Assembly: GCA_902559885.1 (NCBI GenBank)
Contig: CACEJU010000004.1
Coordinates: forward strand, 4,526 to 68,525
Reading direction: 5' to 3'
DNA length: 64,000 nucleotides
Source: an uncultured SAR86 cluster bacterium
GTDB taxonomy: Bacteria; Pseudomonadota; Gammaproteobacteria; Magnimaribacterales; D2472
This document shows, in pieces, positions 10,827 through 22,108 of this stretch; positions within the stretch are counted from its first letter, which is position 1; the number at the start of each line of letters is the position of its first letter. The notes beneath the pieces were generated by a model. That model made no database searches. It was not told the DNA's origin and worked only from the letters and a program-made list of their open reading frames with translations. The translations under genes and the position numbers were made by a program.

Positions 10827-11438
10827 ATGAAAGAAATATTTAAAAAATACAAACTTATTCCATTAGCAACTCTTAAATCAAAAGAAGAAGTTAAAAATAT
10901 TTCAAGATTACTCCTTGATAATAATATTCCAATTTTTGAATTAACTTTAAGAGATTCAGCGGTATATGACATTGCAGATGAGTTTCAAAACTTTCCCGAA
11001 ATCAATCTTGGAATAGGAACCATAAAGACAAGATCAGATATTGATTTTGCAAAAAGTATTGGAGCTAAGTTTGGTATATCGCCAGGATTTAATCACGAGC
11101 TTTCAGAATATGCACATAAAAATGATTTTATTTTAATTCCAGGCGTTATTACTCCAAGTGAAGTTCTTCAAGCTATTTCTAGTGGGCATGACATCTTAAA
11201 GTTTTTCCCTGCTGAAGCGTTTAATGGCTTAAGTGTTTTAAAAGGTTATCAAAATGTTTTCCAAGGAATTAGCTTTATGCCTACAGGTGGTATTAATAAT
11301 AATAACATGCAAGATTATCTAGAATTAGATAATGTAATAGCTGTTGGAGCTTCATCATTATTGCCTCAGGAATTAATTGCTTCAAAAGATTGGGATCAAC
11401 TAGATGCTAGATTAAAAAACCATTTAATTTATACATAA
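10827..11438 (+). CDS. eda: KDPG/KHG aldolase
   Basis: FELTLR, PGVITPSEV, LKFFPAE and FMPTGGI motifs. Start moved to ATG 10827, 1 nt after the edd stop. Confidence 0.93.
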   Translation: MKEIFKKYKLIPLATLKSKEEVKNISRLLLDNNIPIFELTLRDSAVYDIADEFQNFPEINLGIGTIKTRSDIDFAKSIGAKFGISPGFNHELSEYAHKNDFILIPGVITPSEVLQAISSGHDILKFFPAEAFNGLSVLKGYQNVFQGISFMPTGGINNNNMQDYLELDNVIAVGASSLLPQELIASKDWDQLDARLKNHLIYT

Positions 11439-11462
11439 CATTAAATATTGGGAGAGGTAAAA

Positions 11463-13031
11463 ATGTATTTAAGCAGTTTAGATTTAATAATAATATCTAT
11501 ATATTGCATTTCTATAATATCTATTGCTACTTATGTATCACGAAAACCTACTGGTTTGGAAAGGAGTGCAGAAGATTATTTTCTTGCTGGCAGATCTTTA
11601 CCATGGTGGGCTATAGGTGCATCTCTTATAGCTGCAAATATTTCAGCTGAACAGATTATAGGCATGTCCGGTCAAGGTTTTGTTGTTGGGATGGCTATTG
11701 CAGTATGGGAGCTAACCGCTGCAATTGCTTTAATAGTGATGGCTAAATTTTTCTTACCTCTCTTTTTAGAAAAAAAAATATATACAATGCCTCAATTTTT
11801 AAGAGAGAGATTTGATAATAGGGTTAGCTTGGTTTTATCTTTTTTTTGGTTAATTGTTTATATATTTATAAATTTGACAAGCGTTTTATGGCTTGGATCT
11901 ATGGCTATAAACTCATTAACAGGAATTGATCCAGTATATGGATTAATTGCTTTGGCTTTATTTTCATTAGCATATTCATTATCAGGAGGTCTTAAGGCCG
12001 TAGCTTTAACTGATATTATCCAAGTAATTTTATTAATTTTTGGTGGGTTAGCAGTTTCGTATATTGCATTAAATCTTATTTCAGAAAACCAAGGTATTTT
12101 TAAAGGTCTTTCTATTGTTTATCAAGAAATGCCTGAAAAGTTCGATATGATTTTATCAAAAGATAATCCATCATACTCAAACCTTCCAGGTATCTGGATT
12201 TTAATTGGGGCTGGTGTTTGGATTGGGCATTTTGCCTATTGGGGATTCAATCAATATATAACTCAAAGAGCACTAGGTGCAAAATCACTTCATGAAGCTC
12301 AAAAAGGAATTATGTTTGCAGCTTACTTAAAACTATTAATGCCATTAGTTATAGTCTTGCCTGGTATATGTGCGGCAATATTATTCCCACTTCTAGAAAA
12401 ATCTGATCAAGCTTACCCAAGCATGATGACTTTATTACCAAGTGGCCTGCTGGGATTAACATTTGCTGCTCTTATCGCTGCTATTGTTTCATCTTTAGCA
12501 TCTATGACTAATAGTATCAGCACTATATTTACCATGGATGTCTATAAAACATTTACTAAAGATATACCTAGTCAAACTAAACTTGTAAAAATTGGAAGGA
12601 CGGCTGTAATAACATCATTAATAATTGCTGTTATTGCTGCTAAGCCTTTGCTTGGAAGCTTTGAGTCAGTTTTTCAATATATACAAGAATTTACAGGCTT
12701 ATTTACTCCAGGTATTTTGATTATTTTCTTAGTGGCTTTATTCTGGAAAAAAGCCACAACCTTATCTGTATTAATCACTGCTATTGCCTCTGTGGCTATG
12801 TCGCTCACATTTAAGTACTTTTTTCCTGATTTAGCATACATTCACAGAATGGGACTAGTCTTTTTTGCATCAGGTCTTGCTTGTTATGTAACAGCTCTAG
12901 CTCAGGGATATGAAGATCAACTGAAAGCTATCAATCTAAATGATATTAGTTTCAAAACAAGCAAAATTTTTAATTTAAATGCATCAATAGTATGCATTTT
13001 GCTCATATTAATTTATGCAACATTTGGATAA
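11463..13031 (+). CDS. Sodium/sugar (glucose) symporter, SSS family
   Basis: YFLAGRSLPWWAIGASLIAANISAEQ and YWGFNQYITQRALGA (vSGLT-like); many hydrophobic segments; ATG 11463 follows GGAGAGG. Confidence 0.92.
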   Translation: MYLSSLDLIIISIYCISIISIATYVSRKPTGLERSAEDYFLAGRSLPWWAIGASLIAANISAEQIIGMSGQGFVVGMAIAVWELTAAIALIVMAKFFLPLFLEKKIYTMPQFLRERFDNRVSLVLSFFWLIVYIFINLTSVLWLGSMAINSLTGIDPVYGLIALALFSLAYSLSGGLKAVALTDIIQVILLIFGGLAVSYIALNLISENQGIFKGLSIVYQEMPEKFDMILSKDNPSYSNLPGIWILIGAGVWIGHFAYWGFNQYITQRALGAKSLHEAQKGIMFAAYLKLLMPLVIVLPGICAAILFPLLEKSDQAYPSMMTLLPSGLLGLTFAALIAAIVSSLASMTNSISTIFTMDVYKTFTKDIPSQTKLVKIGRTAVITSLIIAVIAAKPLLGSFESVFQYIQEFTGLFTPGILIIFLVALFWKKATTLSVLITAIASVAMSLTFKYFFPDLAYIHRMGLVFFASGLACYVTALAQGYEDQLKAINLNDISFKTSKIFNLNASIVCILLILIYATFG

Positions 13032-13048
13032 TAAAAAAGGAATCTAAT

Positions 13049-15499
13049 ATGAAAAAAATTTTAATTTTGCTTATTTCTTTTAATTTATCTGCACAAATTG
13101 ATTGGTCTAATGACAATACTTGCAACATATCGAGTAACAACGACATGATAGATTTGATTGTTAGCAATATGACATTAGAACAAAAGGTTGGCCAGGTCAT
13201 AATGCCTGATATCGATGATGTTACACCCCAGGAAGCAAAAGACTATTTTCTTGGATCTATATTGAATGGAGGCGGTAAGTTTCCTAACAAAAATAAATAC
13301 TCTAGCATCGATGACTGGAAGCAATTAAGCCAAGAATTTTATAATGCATCTCCAATTGTTAATGAAAAAATCATCCCTATTTTATGGGGTACAGATGCTG
13401 TGCATGGTCACAATAATGTTATTGGAGCAACCATATTCCCCCATAACATAGGTTTAGGAGCTGCTAATAATACTGATTTAATGGAAAAAATAGGATCAGC
13501 TGTTGCAAAAGAGGTTTTATCAACTGGAATTCCTTGGACTTTTGCTCCAACAATTGCCGTCCCTCAAGATTCAAGATGGGGTCGAACCTATGAGGGCTTT
13601 TCAGAAGATCCACAAATAGTTTCGGATTTAGGTGAAGCTACCATAATAGGTCTTCAAGGGTTTGGTGATAACTTTTTAGGTGATTATAAAATTTTAGCTA
13701 CTGCAAAGCATTTTGTTGGCGATGGCGGAACAGATAAAGGCGTAGACCAAGGCAATACTATTACTAGTGAATTTGATTTAAAAGAAACTCATGGATTCCC
13801 ATACTATGCTGCAATTGACGCATGCGTTCAAACAATAATGGCAAGCTTTAATTCATGGAATGGAGACAAAATGCATGGAAGTTCATATTTATTAAATGAT
13901 GTCTTAAGAGATCAAATGGGCTTCAAGGGTCTTGTAGTTGGTGATTGGAATGGCCATGGTCAATTACCTAGCTGCACAAATAAAAGTTGCCCGGAGGCAT
14001 TTAATGCAGGTGTAGATATATTTATGGTTCCACAAGATTGGAAAGAACTTTATAAAAACACTCTTGATGATGTTAAAAATGGCACTATTTCAACCGCAAG
14101 ACTTGATCAAGCAGTTAAGAGGATCTTACAAGTTAAATATAATATCGGTTTGCTATCAGGTAAAAAGCATTACGAATTTTCAGAAAATTTTGTAGGCGAT
14201 AGCAATCACAGATTAATAGCAAGACAGGCCGTTAGGGAATCATTGGTTTTATTAAAAAATAATAATAAAACTCTTCCAATAAAATCAAATAAACATATTT
14301 TAATTATTGGGCAAGCCTCAAAAGAAATAAAATATCAGATGGGCGGATGGACTGTATCATGGCAGGCAAGAGATACTGTAAACACTGATTATCCAAATAC
14401 AAAATCTATTTTCGAAGAACTTAGCGATTCATTAGCAAGTATAGGGAGCACCTCAGAATACTCTATTGATGGTTCATATAAGAAAAAACCAGACGCAGTA
14501 ATATTTGTTTATGGAGAGCAGCCATATGCTGAAGGTGATGGTGATAGAGAAAATTTCTTCTATATGCCTGAAGATAAGAATCTTATTAATACTATGAATA
14601 ATTTTAAAGCTTCTGAGACACCGACCATCTCTTTGTTTCTCTCAGGTAGACCTTTAATTGTTAATGAAGAATTAAATGCATCAGATGCTTTTGTCAGCCT
14701 TTGGTTGCCAGGAACAGCAATTGAGGGCATCTCGGATGTCTTGTTATCAAATAAAGATGACTCAATAAATTATGATTTCGTAGGCAAGTTATCTTATACA
14801 TGGCCAAAATTTAATAATAATGAGAAGAAGAATGATATTAACTTATTTAATTTTGGTTATGGCTTAACATACCAAGATAATATTTACATTTCTGAATTAG
14901 AGGTTGAACAAAAATACATCAAAAAAGATGAAATAATTGCATTCCTTGGGTCTGCATATCCACCAAGCGCTGAAGTGCTCAATATTAATTGGAATTATGA
15001 AAAAGTTACATCAAACATAGTCAATGATCCTGATTACGGCGTTTCACTTTCTAGATTTGATTATAAAAAACAGGATGATGCTAGAAAAATTATTTTTATG
15101 CCTTCTAAAAATTATACTGAATGGATGATATCAAGTGTCATTGAAGAAGACATTTCTCATATGGAGCAAGGCCAAATTGAAATTGAGCTAAAAGTTAATA
15201 AATCATCGATTGAGCCACTTTTATTTGCAATGGCATGTACAAAAAATTCTATTGAAATTAATAAATCTCAAAGCTCAATTTGCAAAACTGAAATAGCGTT
15301 ATCAAGTTTATTTAAAGAGACTCAAGAATGGCAAAAAGTATATATTCCGTTAAGTTGTTTTAAGAATAAAGATTTTAACCTCTCAAAAGTAAAAGAAAGA
15401 GCAATTTTAAGGACTAATGGCAGCTGGGCTATTGATATTCACTCTATAAAATACTTAAATAACAAAAATTCACAAGACTGTAACTTGCAAAAACTATGA
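13049..15499 (+). CDS. Secreted GH3 beta-glucosidase / exo-beta-glucanase with C-terminal accessory domain
   Basis: Signal peptide MKKILILLISFNLSA; WGTDAVHGHNN, WGRTYEGFSEDP, KHFVGDGG and VVGDWNG (nucleophile Asp); extra C-terminal domain as in ExoP-type GH3. Confidence 0.93.
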   Translation: MKKILILLISFNLSAQIDWSNDNTCNISSNNDMIDLIVSNMTLEQKVGQVIMPDIDDVTPQEAKDYFLGSILNGGGKFPNKNKYSSIDDWKQLSQEFYNASPIVNEKIIPILWGTDAVHGHNNVIGATIFPHNIGLGAANNTDLMEKIGSAVAKEVLSTGIPWTFAPTIAVPQDSRWGRTYEGFSEDPQIVSDLGEATIIGLQGFGDNFLGDYKILATAKHFVGDGGTDKGVDQGNTITSEFDLKETHGFPYYAAIDACVQTIMASFNSWNGDKMHGSSYLLNDVLRDQMGFKGLVVGDWNGHGQLPSCTNKSCPEAFNAGVDIFMVPQDWKELYKNTLDDVKNGTISTARLDQAVKRILQVKYNIGLLSGKKHYEFSENFVGDSNHRLIARQAVRESLVLLKNNNKTLPIKSNKHILIIGQASKEIKYQMGGWTVSWQARDTVNTDYPNTKSIFEELSDSLASIGSTSEYSIDGSYKKKPDAVIFVYGEQPYAEGDGDRENFFYMPEDKNLINTMNNFKASETPTISLFLSGRPLIVNEELNASDAFVSLWLPGTAIEGISDVLLSNKDDSINYDFVGKLSYTWPKFNNNEKKNDINLFNFGYGLTYQDNIYISELEVEQKYIKKDEIIAFLGSAYPPSAEVLNINWNYEKVTSNIVNDPDYGVSLSRFDYKKQDDARKIIFMPSKNYTEWMISSVIEEDISHMEQGQIEIELKVNKSSIEPLLFAMACTKNSIEINKSQSSICKTEIALSSLFKETQEWQKVYIPLSCFKNKDFNLSKVKERAILRTNGSWAIDIHSIKYLNNKNSQDCNLQKL

Positions 15500-16416
15500 G
15501 CGAAATTTTACTTATAGATATAGGCGGCACCAACATAAGATATGCATACTCTGATGGCAATCTTGAGTCACTAACAGGCACCAATAAAATTAAACTATCA
15601 TGCATTAAAGGATTTGATAATATTTTAGAGGATCTTACTGATCAAAAAGAAATCTCATCCTTAGTTATTTCTGTAGCTGGACCAAAGATTAATGGCTCTA
15701 TAACTATGACCAATAGAGACTTCACTATTAATGAAGCTGAGTTAAAAAATAAATTTCAATTTGAATCTTGCCATCTTTTAAACGATTGGGAATCTATAGG
15801 TTACAGCCTATCAACTTTCAAAGAATCAGATGTATCGATAATCAAGCCAGGTATAGAATTTAATAGTAATAGTTTTTTTATAGGTCCTGGAACAGGTCTA
15901 GGTGCTGCGCTTTTAATAGGTGATAAAAATGTAATTCCAACCGAAATTGGTAATACAACTGGTCTAACTAAAGCTTTGTTAAGAAATTATAATATTGATA
16001 ATGATGATCATTTTAGAACTCTTGAAGATGTTTTATCAGGGAAAGCTATTTCTAGTATTTATGAATATAAAACAGGTGAACGACTAACTTCTGAAGACAT
16101 AGTTGCTAGATATGGTGCAGATGATGAATATGCAAATTTAGTTGTAAATGGTTTTATAAAATCTTTAGCCGAAACTATTTCAGATATGGCTCTTACCTTT
16201 ATTTCAGGAAAAGGAGTATATATAGCAGGAAGCTTAATGAGATCCATTGTAAAAATCATGGAACAAGATAAATTTATTGAATATTTTTACGGTGATAAAA
16301 AATTAGTTCATTTACAGATACTTGAGATGGTTAAGATAGGTTTAATAGAAAGAGAGCATGCATGCCTGCATGGTAATTTAAATTTTTACAAAAAAAATAT
16401 TAATAAGGTAAATTAA
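15496..16416 (+). CDS. glk: Glucokinase (Glk family)
   Basis: IDIGGTNIR, SVAGP, LLNDWE and GPGTGLG motifs; divergent in the EGGH region. Confidence 0.82.
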   Translation: MSEILLIDIGGTNIRYAYSDGNLESLTGTNKIKLSCIKGFDNILEDLTDQKEISSLVISVAGPKINGSITMTNRDFTINEAELKNKFQFESCHLLNDWESIGYSLSTFKESDVSIIKPGIEFNSNSFFIGPGTGLGAALLIGDKNVIPTEIGNTTGLTKALLRNYNIDNDDHFRTLEDVLSGKAISSIYEYKTGERLTSEDIVARYGADDEYANLVVNGFIKSLAETISDMALTFISGKGVYIAGSLMRSIVKIMEQDKFIEYFYGDKKLVHLQILEMVKIGLIEREHACLHGNLNFYKKNINKVN

Positions 16417-19400
16417 TGTCAAACGCTAAAGAGCTATATTTGGGCTCAAATAAAATAAATTTAAATGAGAACCTTATTAAAGGTAAAGAAGTTTTAATTA
16501 ATAATGAGAATTTCTATAAGATCTCAAATGTAAATAAAATGCGCCCATTTTTTATGAGCATTGTTAGTGCTTATGATCATTGGTTATTCATATCAAGTAC
16601 TGGAGCACTAAGTGCTGGCAGGAAAAATAGTGATAATGCATTATTCCCTTATTACACAGACGACAAAATATCAGAATCATACGAGATCACCGGCAGCAAG
16701 ACAATTTTCCATGTAACTAAAAACGATCAAACATTTTTATGGGAGCCATTTACTAGATCCAGTGAACTTTCATATGATGTTAATAGAAATCTTTTTAAAA
16801 ACCTTCGAGGCAATAAAGTTATTTTTGAAGAAATTAATAATGATTTAGGGCTAAAGTTCTCATATCAATGGACAACATGCGATAGATTTGGATTTGTTAA
16901 AACATCTTTTTTAAAGAATACTAGCGATTCTGATATTGAGATAGAGCTCTTAGATGGTTTTCAAAATATTTTGCCATGCGGTTTAGATGAGGCTGTTCAA
17001 AATAATACAAGCAATTTGGCGGATGCATACAAACGAAGTGAGTTAGATATAGAAACTAAATTAGGAATTTTTGCTTTAAGCGCTAAGATAGTTGATAGAG
17101 CTGAACCGAGCGAGTCATTAAAAGCTAATATTGTTTTCCAGTATGGATTAGATGATACAAAAACTCTTCTTTCTGCATTGCAATTGGATAAATTTAGAAG
17201 GGGCTATAAGGTTTATGAAGAAAATGATATTAAAGCTGAAAAAGGAGCTTATTTAATTAACGCCACCTTCAAAATAAACGCTGGTGAAAAGCATGAGTGG
17301 TTATTTGTTGCGGATATCAATAAATCATCAAGTGATGTTAAAGATTTAATATTATTTTTAAAAAATACTAATAACTTTAAAGAGATTATTCAAAACGAAA
17401 TTCAGATTTCATCTGATGAGCTGTATAAGTTAGTAGGATCAGCTGATGGAATTCAGATGACAGCTGATAGACGAAGAAATATCAGACATTTTGCCAATAC
17501 TATGTTCAATATCATGAGAGGCGGGGTTTTTGATAATGGCTATCTTATAGAAAAAGATGATTTTATTGCATATATTAAAAATGCAAGCATAAGTTGCTTT
17601 AATGAAAATAATGAACATTTAGCTAACTTGCCAGATTCATTAGATTTGCCAACACTAAGAAATCTAATTGATGAAAGTAATTCTATGACTTTTAAGAGGC
17701 TAGCAACTGAGTACCTTCCAATTAAATTTAGCAGAAGGCACGGTGATCCAAGTAGGCCTTGGAATAAATTTTCTATTAATACTAGAGATGATGATACGGG
17801 ATTAAAGGTTTTAGACTATCAAGGTAACTGGAGAGATATATTTCAAAACTGGGAGGCTCTTGCATACTCCTATCCTGAATTTATAGATGGAATGATTTAT
17901 AGGTTTTTAAACGCTTCAACTTTTGATGGCTATAACCCTTATAGATTAACCAAGGATGGTTTTGATTGGGAAACGATAGAGCCTGATAATCCATGGTCAT
18001 ATATTGGTTATTGGGGCGATCATCAGATTATATACTTATTAAAGTTTTTAGAGTTTATTGATGCATACTTCCCAATGAGATTGAATTCATTTTTTAATAA
18101 AGAGCATTTTGTTTATGCTAACGTGCCTTACATCATTAAAGACTATAACTCTATTTATAAAGATCCAAAAAATACTATCGAATTTGATTTTAATTTAGCT
18201 GAAAAAATTGAGTTATTTAGAGCTAATGAGGGCGCAGACGGTGCTTTATTAAGAAATAACAAAGGCATCATTCATAAAGTAACATTCATTGAAAAGATTT
18301 TGGCTAGTCTATTTGCAAAACTATCAAATTTTGTTCCAGATGCTGGTATATGGATGAATACACAAAGGCCTGAATGGAACGACGCCAATAATGCTTTGGT
18401 TGGTAATGGGGTCTCCATGGTTACCCTTTATTACATAAGACGCTTTGTACAATTTTTTGTAAAACTTCTTGATAAAGATAGCTCAAAAAGTTACCCAATC
18501 TCTAAAGAGCTATATAACTTCTATTTAAACTTAAAAGAAATATTTGAAGATGCTAGTAACTCACACTCAGATGAATCAAGAAAGAAATTCACTGACTCAT
18601 TGGGTGAGACAGCTTCAAGCTTTAGGCAACAAATTTATTCATCAAACTTCTCAGGGCAAAAAAATGAAATTCAAAGTGATGAATTAATTGGTTTTTTAAA
18701 GTCTGTTCTTGAGGCAACTGATCAAAGTATTAAAACTAATAAAAGGGAAGATGGTTTGTACCATTCATATAATCTAATAAATCTTAATGATAACAGTATA
18801 TCAATCGATAGATTGCCAGAAATGCTTGAAGGGCAGGTTGCGGTTCTTAGCTCAGGATTTTTAAACAATCATGATAGTCTTAATGTTTTGGATAGTCTTA
18901 AAGCCAGTGAGTTATTTTGGGATGATCAATATAGCTACATACTTTACCCAAATAAAAAATTACCCGGTTTCCTAGAAAAAAATATTATTCCTGAAGATAG
19001 ATTTAAAACATCAAGGCTTTTGAGCGAATTAGTTAACGATGGTAATAAACAAATCGTAAACCAAGATAAATCAGGCAGCTATCATTTTAATAGTAACTTC
19101 AATAATGCAACTACCTTAAAAGAGTCTTTAAAAAATCTTCCAGAAAAATACAAGGATCTTATTTCAATGGATATGGATTTAATTCTTGATATTTATGAAG
19201 ATGTATTTAATCACAAGGCATTTACTGGAAGATCTGGAACATTCTATGGATATGAGGGCTTAGGGTCTATATATTGGCACATGGTTTCTAAATTATTATT
19301 GGCCTCATTTGAAGTTACAAAAAATAGTTTAGATCATGAAATGGATTCAGATCTAATAGGCAAACTATTTGATCATTACTTTGAAATTAATGAGGGTATT

Positions 19401-19862
19401 GGGGCAAACAAGTCTCCTGAGCTTTATGGGGCATTTCCAACAGATCCTTATTCCCATACTCCAAGAGGTAGAGGTGTTCAACAACCAGGCATGACAGGTC
19501 AGGTTAAAGAAGACATTATAAGCAGAATGGGTGAATTAGGTCTGAGGATAAATGAAGGGCTTATATCCTTTAATTTTAGTATGTTAAGACCTTCTGAATT
19601 TATGGAAGCACCCAAACCATTTAAATATGTCAATCTTGATCATGAGATAACATTTATTGATCTAGAGCCAAATTCCCTAGCATTTACAGTATGCCAAGTT
19701 CCAATTATTTACAAAATAGCAGAGGAGACATCTATTACCGTTACTAACCAAGATGGCTCAGAAATAAGATATGAAAATAATATTCTAGATAATAAAGTTT
19801 CAACAAGCATATTTAATAGAACTAACGAGATATATAAGATAGAAGTTAATATAGGTAAATGA
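16416..19862 (+). CDS. GH149-type beta-1,3-glucan phosphorylase
   Basis: 1148 aa, no signal peptide. Motifs RRHGDPSRPWN, GNWRDIFQNWEAL, EWNDANNALVG, YEGLGSIYWHMVSKL and QQPGMTGQVKE recalled from GH149 proteins; beta-glucan locus context. Confidence 0.82.
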   Translation: MSNAKELYLGSNKINLNENLIKGKEVLINNENFYKISNVNKMRPFFMSIVSAYDHWLFISSTGALSAGRKNSDNALFPYYTDDKISESYEITGSKTIFHVTKNDQTFLWEPFTRSSELSYDVNRNLFKNLRGNKVIFEEINNDLGLKFSYQWTTCDRFGFVKTSFLKNTSDSDIEIELLDGFQNILPCGLDEAVQNNTSNLADAYKRSELDIETKLGIFALSAKIVDRAEPSESLKANIVFQYGLDDTKTLLSALQLDKFRRGYKVYEENDIKAEKGAYLINATFKINAGEKHEWLFVADINKSSSDVKDLILFLKNTNNFKEIIQNEIQISSDELYKLVGSADGIQMTADRRRNIRHFANTMFNIMRGGVFDNGYLIEKDDFIAYIKNASISCFNENNEHLANLPDSLDLPTLRNLIDESNSMTFKRLATEYLPIKFSRRHGDPSRPWNKFSINTRDDDTGLKVLDYQGNWRDIFQNWEALAYSYPEFIDGMIYRFLNASTFDGYNPYRLTKDGFDWETIEPDNPWSYIGYWGDHQIIYLLKFLEFIDAYFPMRLNSFFNKEHFVYANVPYIIKDYNSIYKDPKNTIEFDFNLAEKIELFRANEGADGALLRNNKGIIHKVTFIEKILASLFAKLSNFVPDAGIWMNTQRPEWNDANNALVGNGVSMVTLYYIRRFVQFFVKLLDKDSSKSYPISKELYNFYLNLKEIFEDASNSHSDESRKKFTDSLGETASSFRQQIYSSNFSGQKNEIQSDELIGFLKSVLEATDQSIKTNKREDGLYHSYNLINLNDNSISIDRLPEMLEGQVAVLSSGFLNNHDSLNVLDSLKASELFWDDQYSYILYPNKKLPGFLEKNIIPEDRFKTSRLLSELVNDGNKQIVNQDKSGSYHFNSNFNNATTLKESLKNLPEKYKDLISMDMDLILDIYEDVFNHKAFTGRSGTFYGYEGLGSIYWHMVSKLLLASFEVTKNSLDHEMDSDLIGKLFDHYFEINEGIGANKSPELYGAFPTDPYSHTPRGRGVQQPGMTGQVKEDIISRMGELGLRINEGLISFNFSMLRPSEFMEAPKPFKYVNLDHEITFIDLEPNSLAFTVCQVPIIYKIAEETSITVTNQDGSEIRYENNILDNKVSTSIFNRTNEIYKIEVNIGK

Positions 19863-21088
19863 AAGGCAGTATTTGTGTAGTTTTTGTTTCATTGATATTT
19901 CTATTCTCGTGCGAACAGCAAGGAGTCGATAGTATGGAGAAAACAGCAAGCATGATTCTTGGTAATCCTAATTATCCAGCTATCTCTTATGGCGGCTATC
20001 GAGAAAGAACTAGAGATGTTCAACCTTCTGTTGATGATGCAAAAGAAGATATGAGAATCTTGCATGCAGCTGGTTTTAGAATTCTAAGAACATACGATAC
20101 ACACCTAGATTTAGCAAAAAATACATTAGAAGCTATTAAACAAATAAAAACAGAAGATCCCTCATTTGAGATGTACGTAATGCTTGGAGCATGGATAACC
20201 GCCGCTAATCCAAATACTGATAACGTAATACACAATCAAGAAGATTATGATTTCAATAAGTACGAAATTGATGAAACAGTAAGGCTCGCAAATCTATACC
20301 CTGATATAGTTAAAGTTATTGCTGTTGGAAACGAAGCAATGGTGCATTGGGCAACTTCTTACTTTGTCACCCCAGATATTATCTTAAAATGGGTTAATTA
20401 CCTTCAAGGATTAAAAAAAACCAATCAATTACCTGAGAATTTATGGATAACAAGTTCAGATGATTTTTCTTCATGGGGAGGAGGAGGTGCCGAATATCAT
20501 ACCAATGAGTTAAACGAACTTATTCAGGCCGTAGATTTTATATCTATGCATACCTATCCGTTTCACAATACTCATTACAACCCATATTTTTGGCAATATA
20601 GTGATACAACTGATCAGGAAAAACAAATAAATGAATTAATGCAGAATGCAAAAAACTTTGCTAAAGATCAATTTCTTGCTGTCAGGAAGTATATTGATTC
20701 TATAGATAAAACTAAATCTATTCATATTGGTGAAACTGGATGGGCAACAGTTGATACCTATCTTTATGGCGCAACAGGTTCAAGAGCAGCAGATGAATAT
20801 AAGCAAGCAATTTACTTTAAACATATGCAGGACTTATGTAATGAATTATCAATTTCATGCTTTTACTTTTCAGCTTTTGATGAACCATGGAAAGATTATG
20901 CGAATATAGATGGTTCAGAAAATCATTTTGGATTATTTACAGTTGATGGAAGAGCAAAGTATGCTCTTTGGGAAATGGTTGATAGTGAAATTTTTAAAGA
21001 TTTAAACAGAGGAAATAATTCAATATTAAAATCTTTTGATGGTGATAAAGATTTAATGATGGGGGGAGTTGATGTGCCAGAAAAATAA
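19859..21088 (+). CDS. GH17 beta-1,3-glucanase, lipoprotein
   Basis: Lipobox-like LFSC; AISYGGYR, IAVGNEAMVHW (acid/base), HIGETGW (nucleophile), FSAFDEPWK. Confidence 0.88.
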   Translation: MKGSICVVFVSLIFLFSCEQQGVDSMEKTASMILGNPNYPAISYGGYRERTRDVQPSVDDAKEDMRILHAAGFRILRTYDTHLDLAKNTLEAIKQIKTEDPSFEMYVMLGAWITAANPNTDNVIHNQEDYDFNKYEIDETVRLANLYPDIVKVIAVGNEAMVHWATSYFVTPDIILKWVNYLQGLKKTNQLPENLWITSSDDFSSWGGGGAEYHTNELNELIQAVDFISMHTYPFHNTHYNPYFWQYSDTTDQEKQINELMQNAKNFAKDQFLAVRKYIDSIDKTKSIHIGETGWATVDTYLYGATGSRAADEYKQAIYFKHMQDLCNELSISCFYFSAFDEPWKDYANIDGSENHFGLFTVDGRAKYALWEMVDSEIFKDLNRGNNSILKSFDGDKDLMMGGVDVPEK

Positions 21089-22103
21089 AAGAAATTACAA
21101 AATACATATACTTATAATTTTTGCTTTTTTAGTGAATTTTAATACTTTTGCAGACACAGTAAGTGTTAAAGATTCAAAAATTTATGTAAATGGTGAGCGT
21201 TATTATATTAAAGGTATTTGTTATCATCCTGTTCCACTTGGTAAATGGAGAAGAAGCTTTGAAACTCTTTCAGATGATATAGCTTTAATGAATGAGGCAG
21301 GAATCAATACAATAAGAGTCTATGAACCAATTTTAGATAAAAATGTTCTAGATATATTAGCTAGCAATAATATTAAAGTTATTGTTAGCCTAGGTTTTAA
21401 CCAAAGTGGACTTTATGACATAAATTCAGGTACCTATGAGGTTTATATAAATGAATTTAAAGACCATCCTGCAATACTTATGTGGGAACTTGGTAATGAA
21501 TATAACTATCACCCAGAATGGTTTGGTGGAAAAATCTCAAATTGGTACAAAGCAGCAAATAATGCTGCCAAAAGAATTAAAGAAATTGATCCAAATCATC
21601 CAGTTTCAACTGCACATGGAGATCTTCCTGACAAACAAGCAAGGCGCCTGTTAGATTCAATTGATGCATGGGGTTTCAATGTATACAGATGGGATAAGCC
21701 TATGTCTATTGCAGAAGAGTGGGCTCAAGTATCTGATAAGCCATTTTATTTTTCAGAAGCTGGAGCAGACAGTTTTATGACTCAGGAATTTGAAGATTTG
21801 AAGGCTGGTCCAAATCAAGAGGCACAAGCTCGTGCGAACGCTATAATAATTGATGAGATCTTTTCTGATTCAAATAATAATCTAGGTATCTTACTTTTTT
21901 CCATGGTTGATGGCTTATGGAAAGCTGGCAATCCATCAAAACAAGACCCTGGCGGTGCAGCACCTTTTAGTACTGGTGTTCCATATGATGGTGCAGCCAA
22001 TGAGGAATATTGGGGAATTGTAGATATTGAAAGGAATAAGAAAATATCTTTCAACGTAGTAAAAGATAAGTATCAAAATTTTAGATTCTCAGAAGAAGAT
22101 TAA
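21072..22103 (+). CDS. Secreted clan GH-A TIM-barrel glycoside hydrolase (GH2_C-like / GH158 candidate)
   Basis: Signal-like N-terminus; KGICYHP, GINTIRVY, WELGNEYNY and FSEAGAD (two catalytic Glu candidates). Family assignment uncertain. Confidence 0.72.
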   Translation: MCQKNKRNYKIHILIIFAFLVNFNTFADTVSVKDSKIYVNGERYYIKGICYHPVPLGKWRRSFETLSDDIALMNEAGINTIRVYEPILDKNVLDILASNNIKVIVSLGFNQSGLYDINSGTYEVYINEFKDHPAILMWELGNEYNYHPEWFGGKISNWYKAANNAAKRIKEIDPNHPVSTAHGDLPDKQARRLLDSIDAWGFNVYRWDKPMSIAEEWAQVSDKPFYFSEAGADSFMTQEFEDLKAGPNQEAQARANAIIIDEIFSDSNNNLGILLFSMVDGLWKAGNPSKQDPGGAAPFSTGVPYDGAANEEYWGIVDIERNKKISFNVVKDKYQNFRFSEED

Positions 22104-22108
22104 AACAT

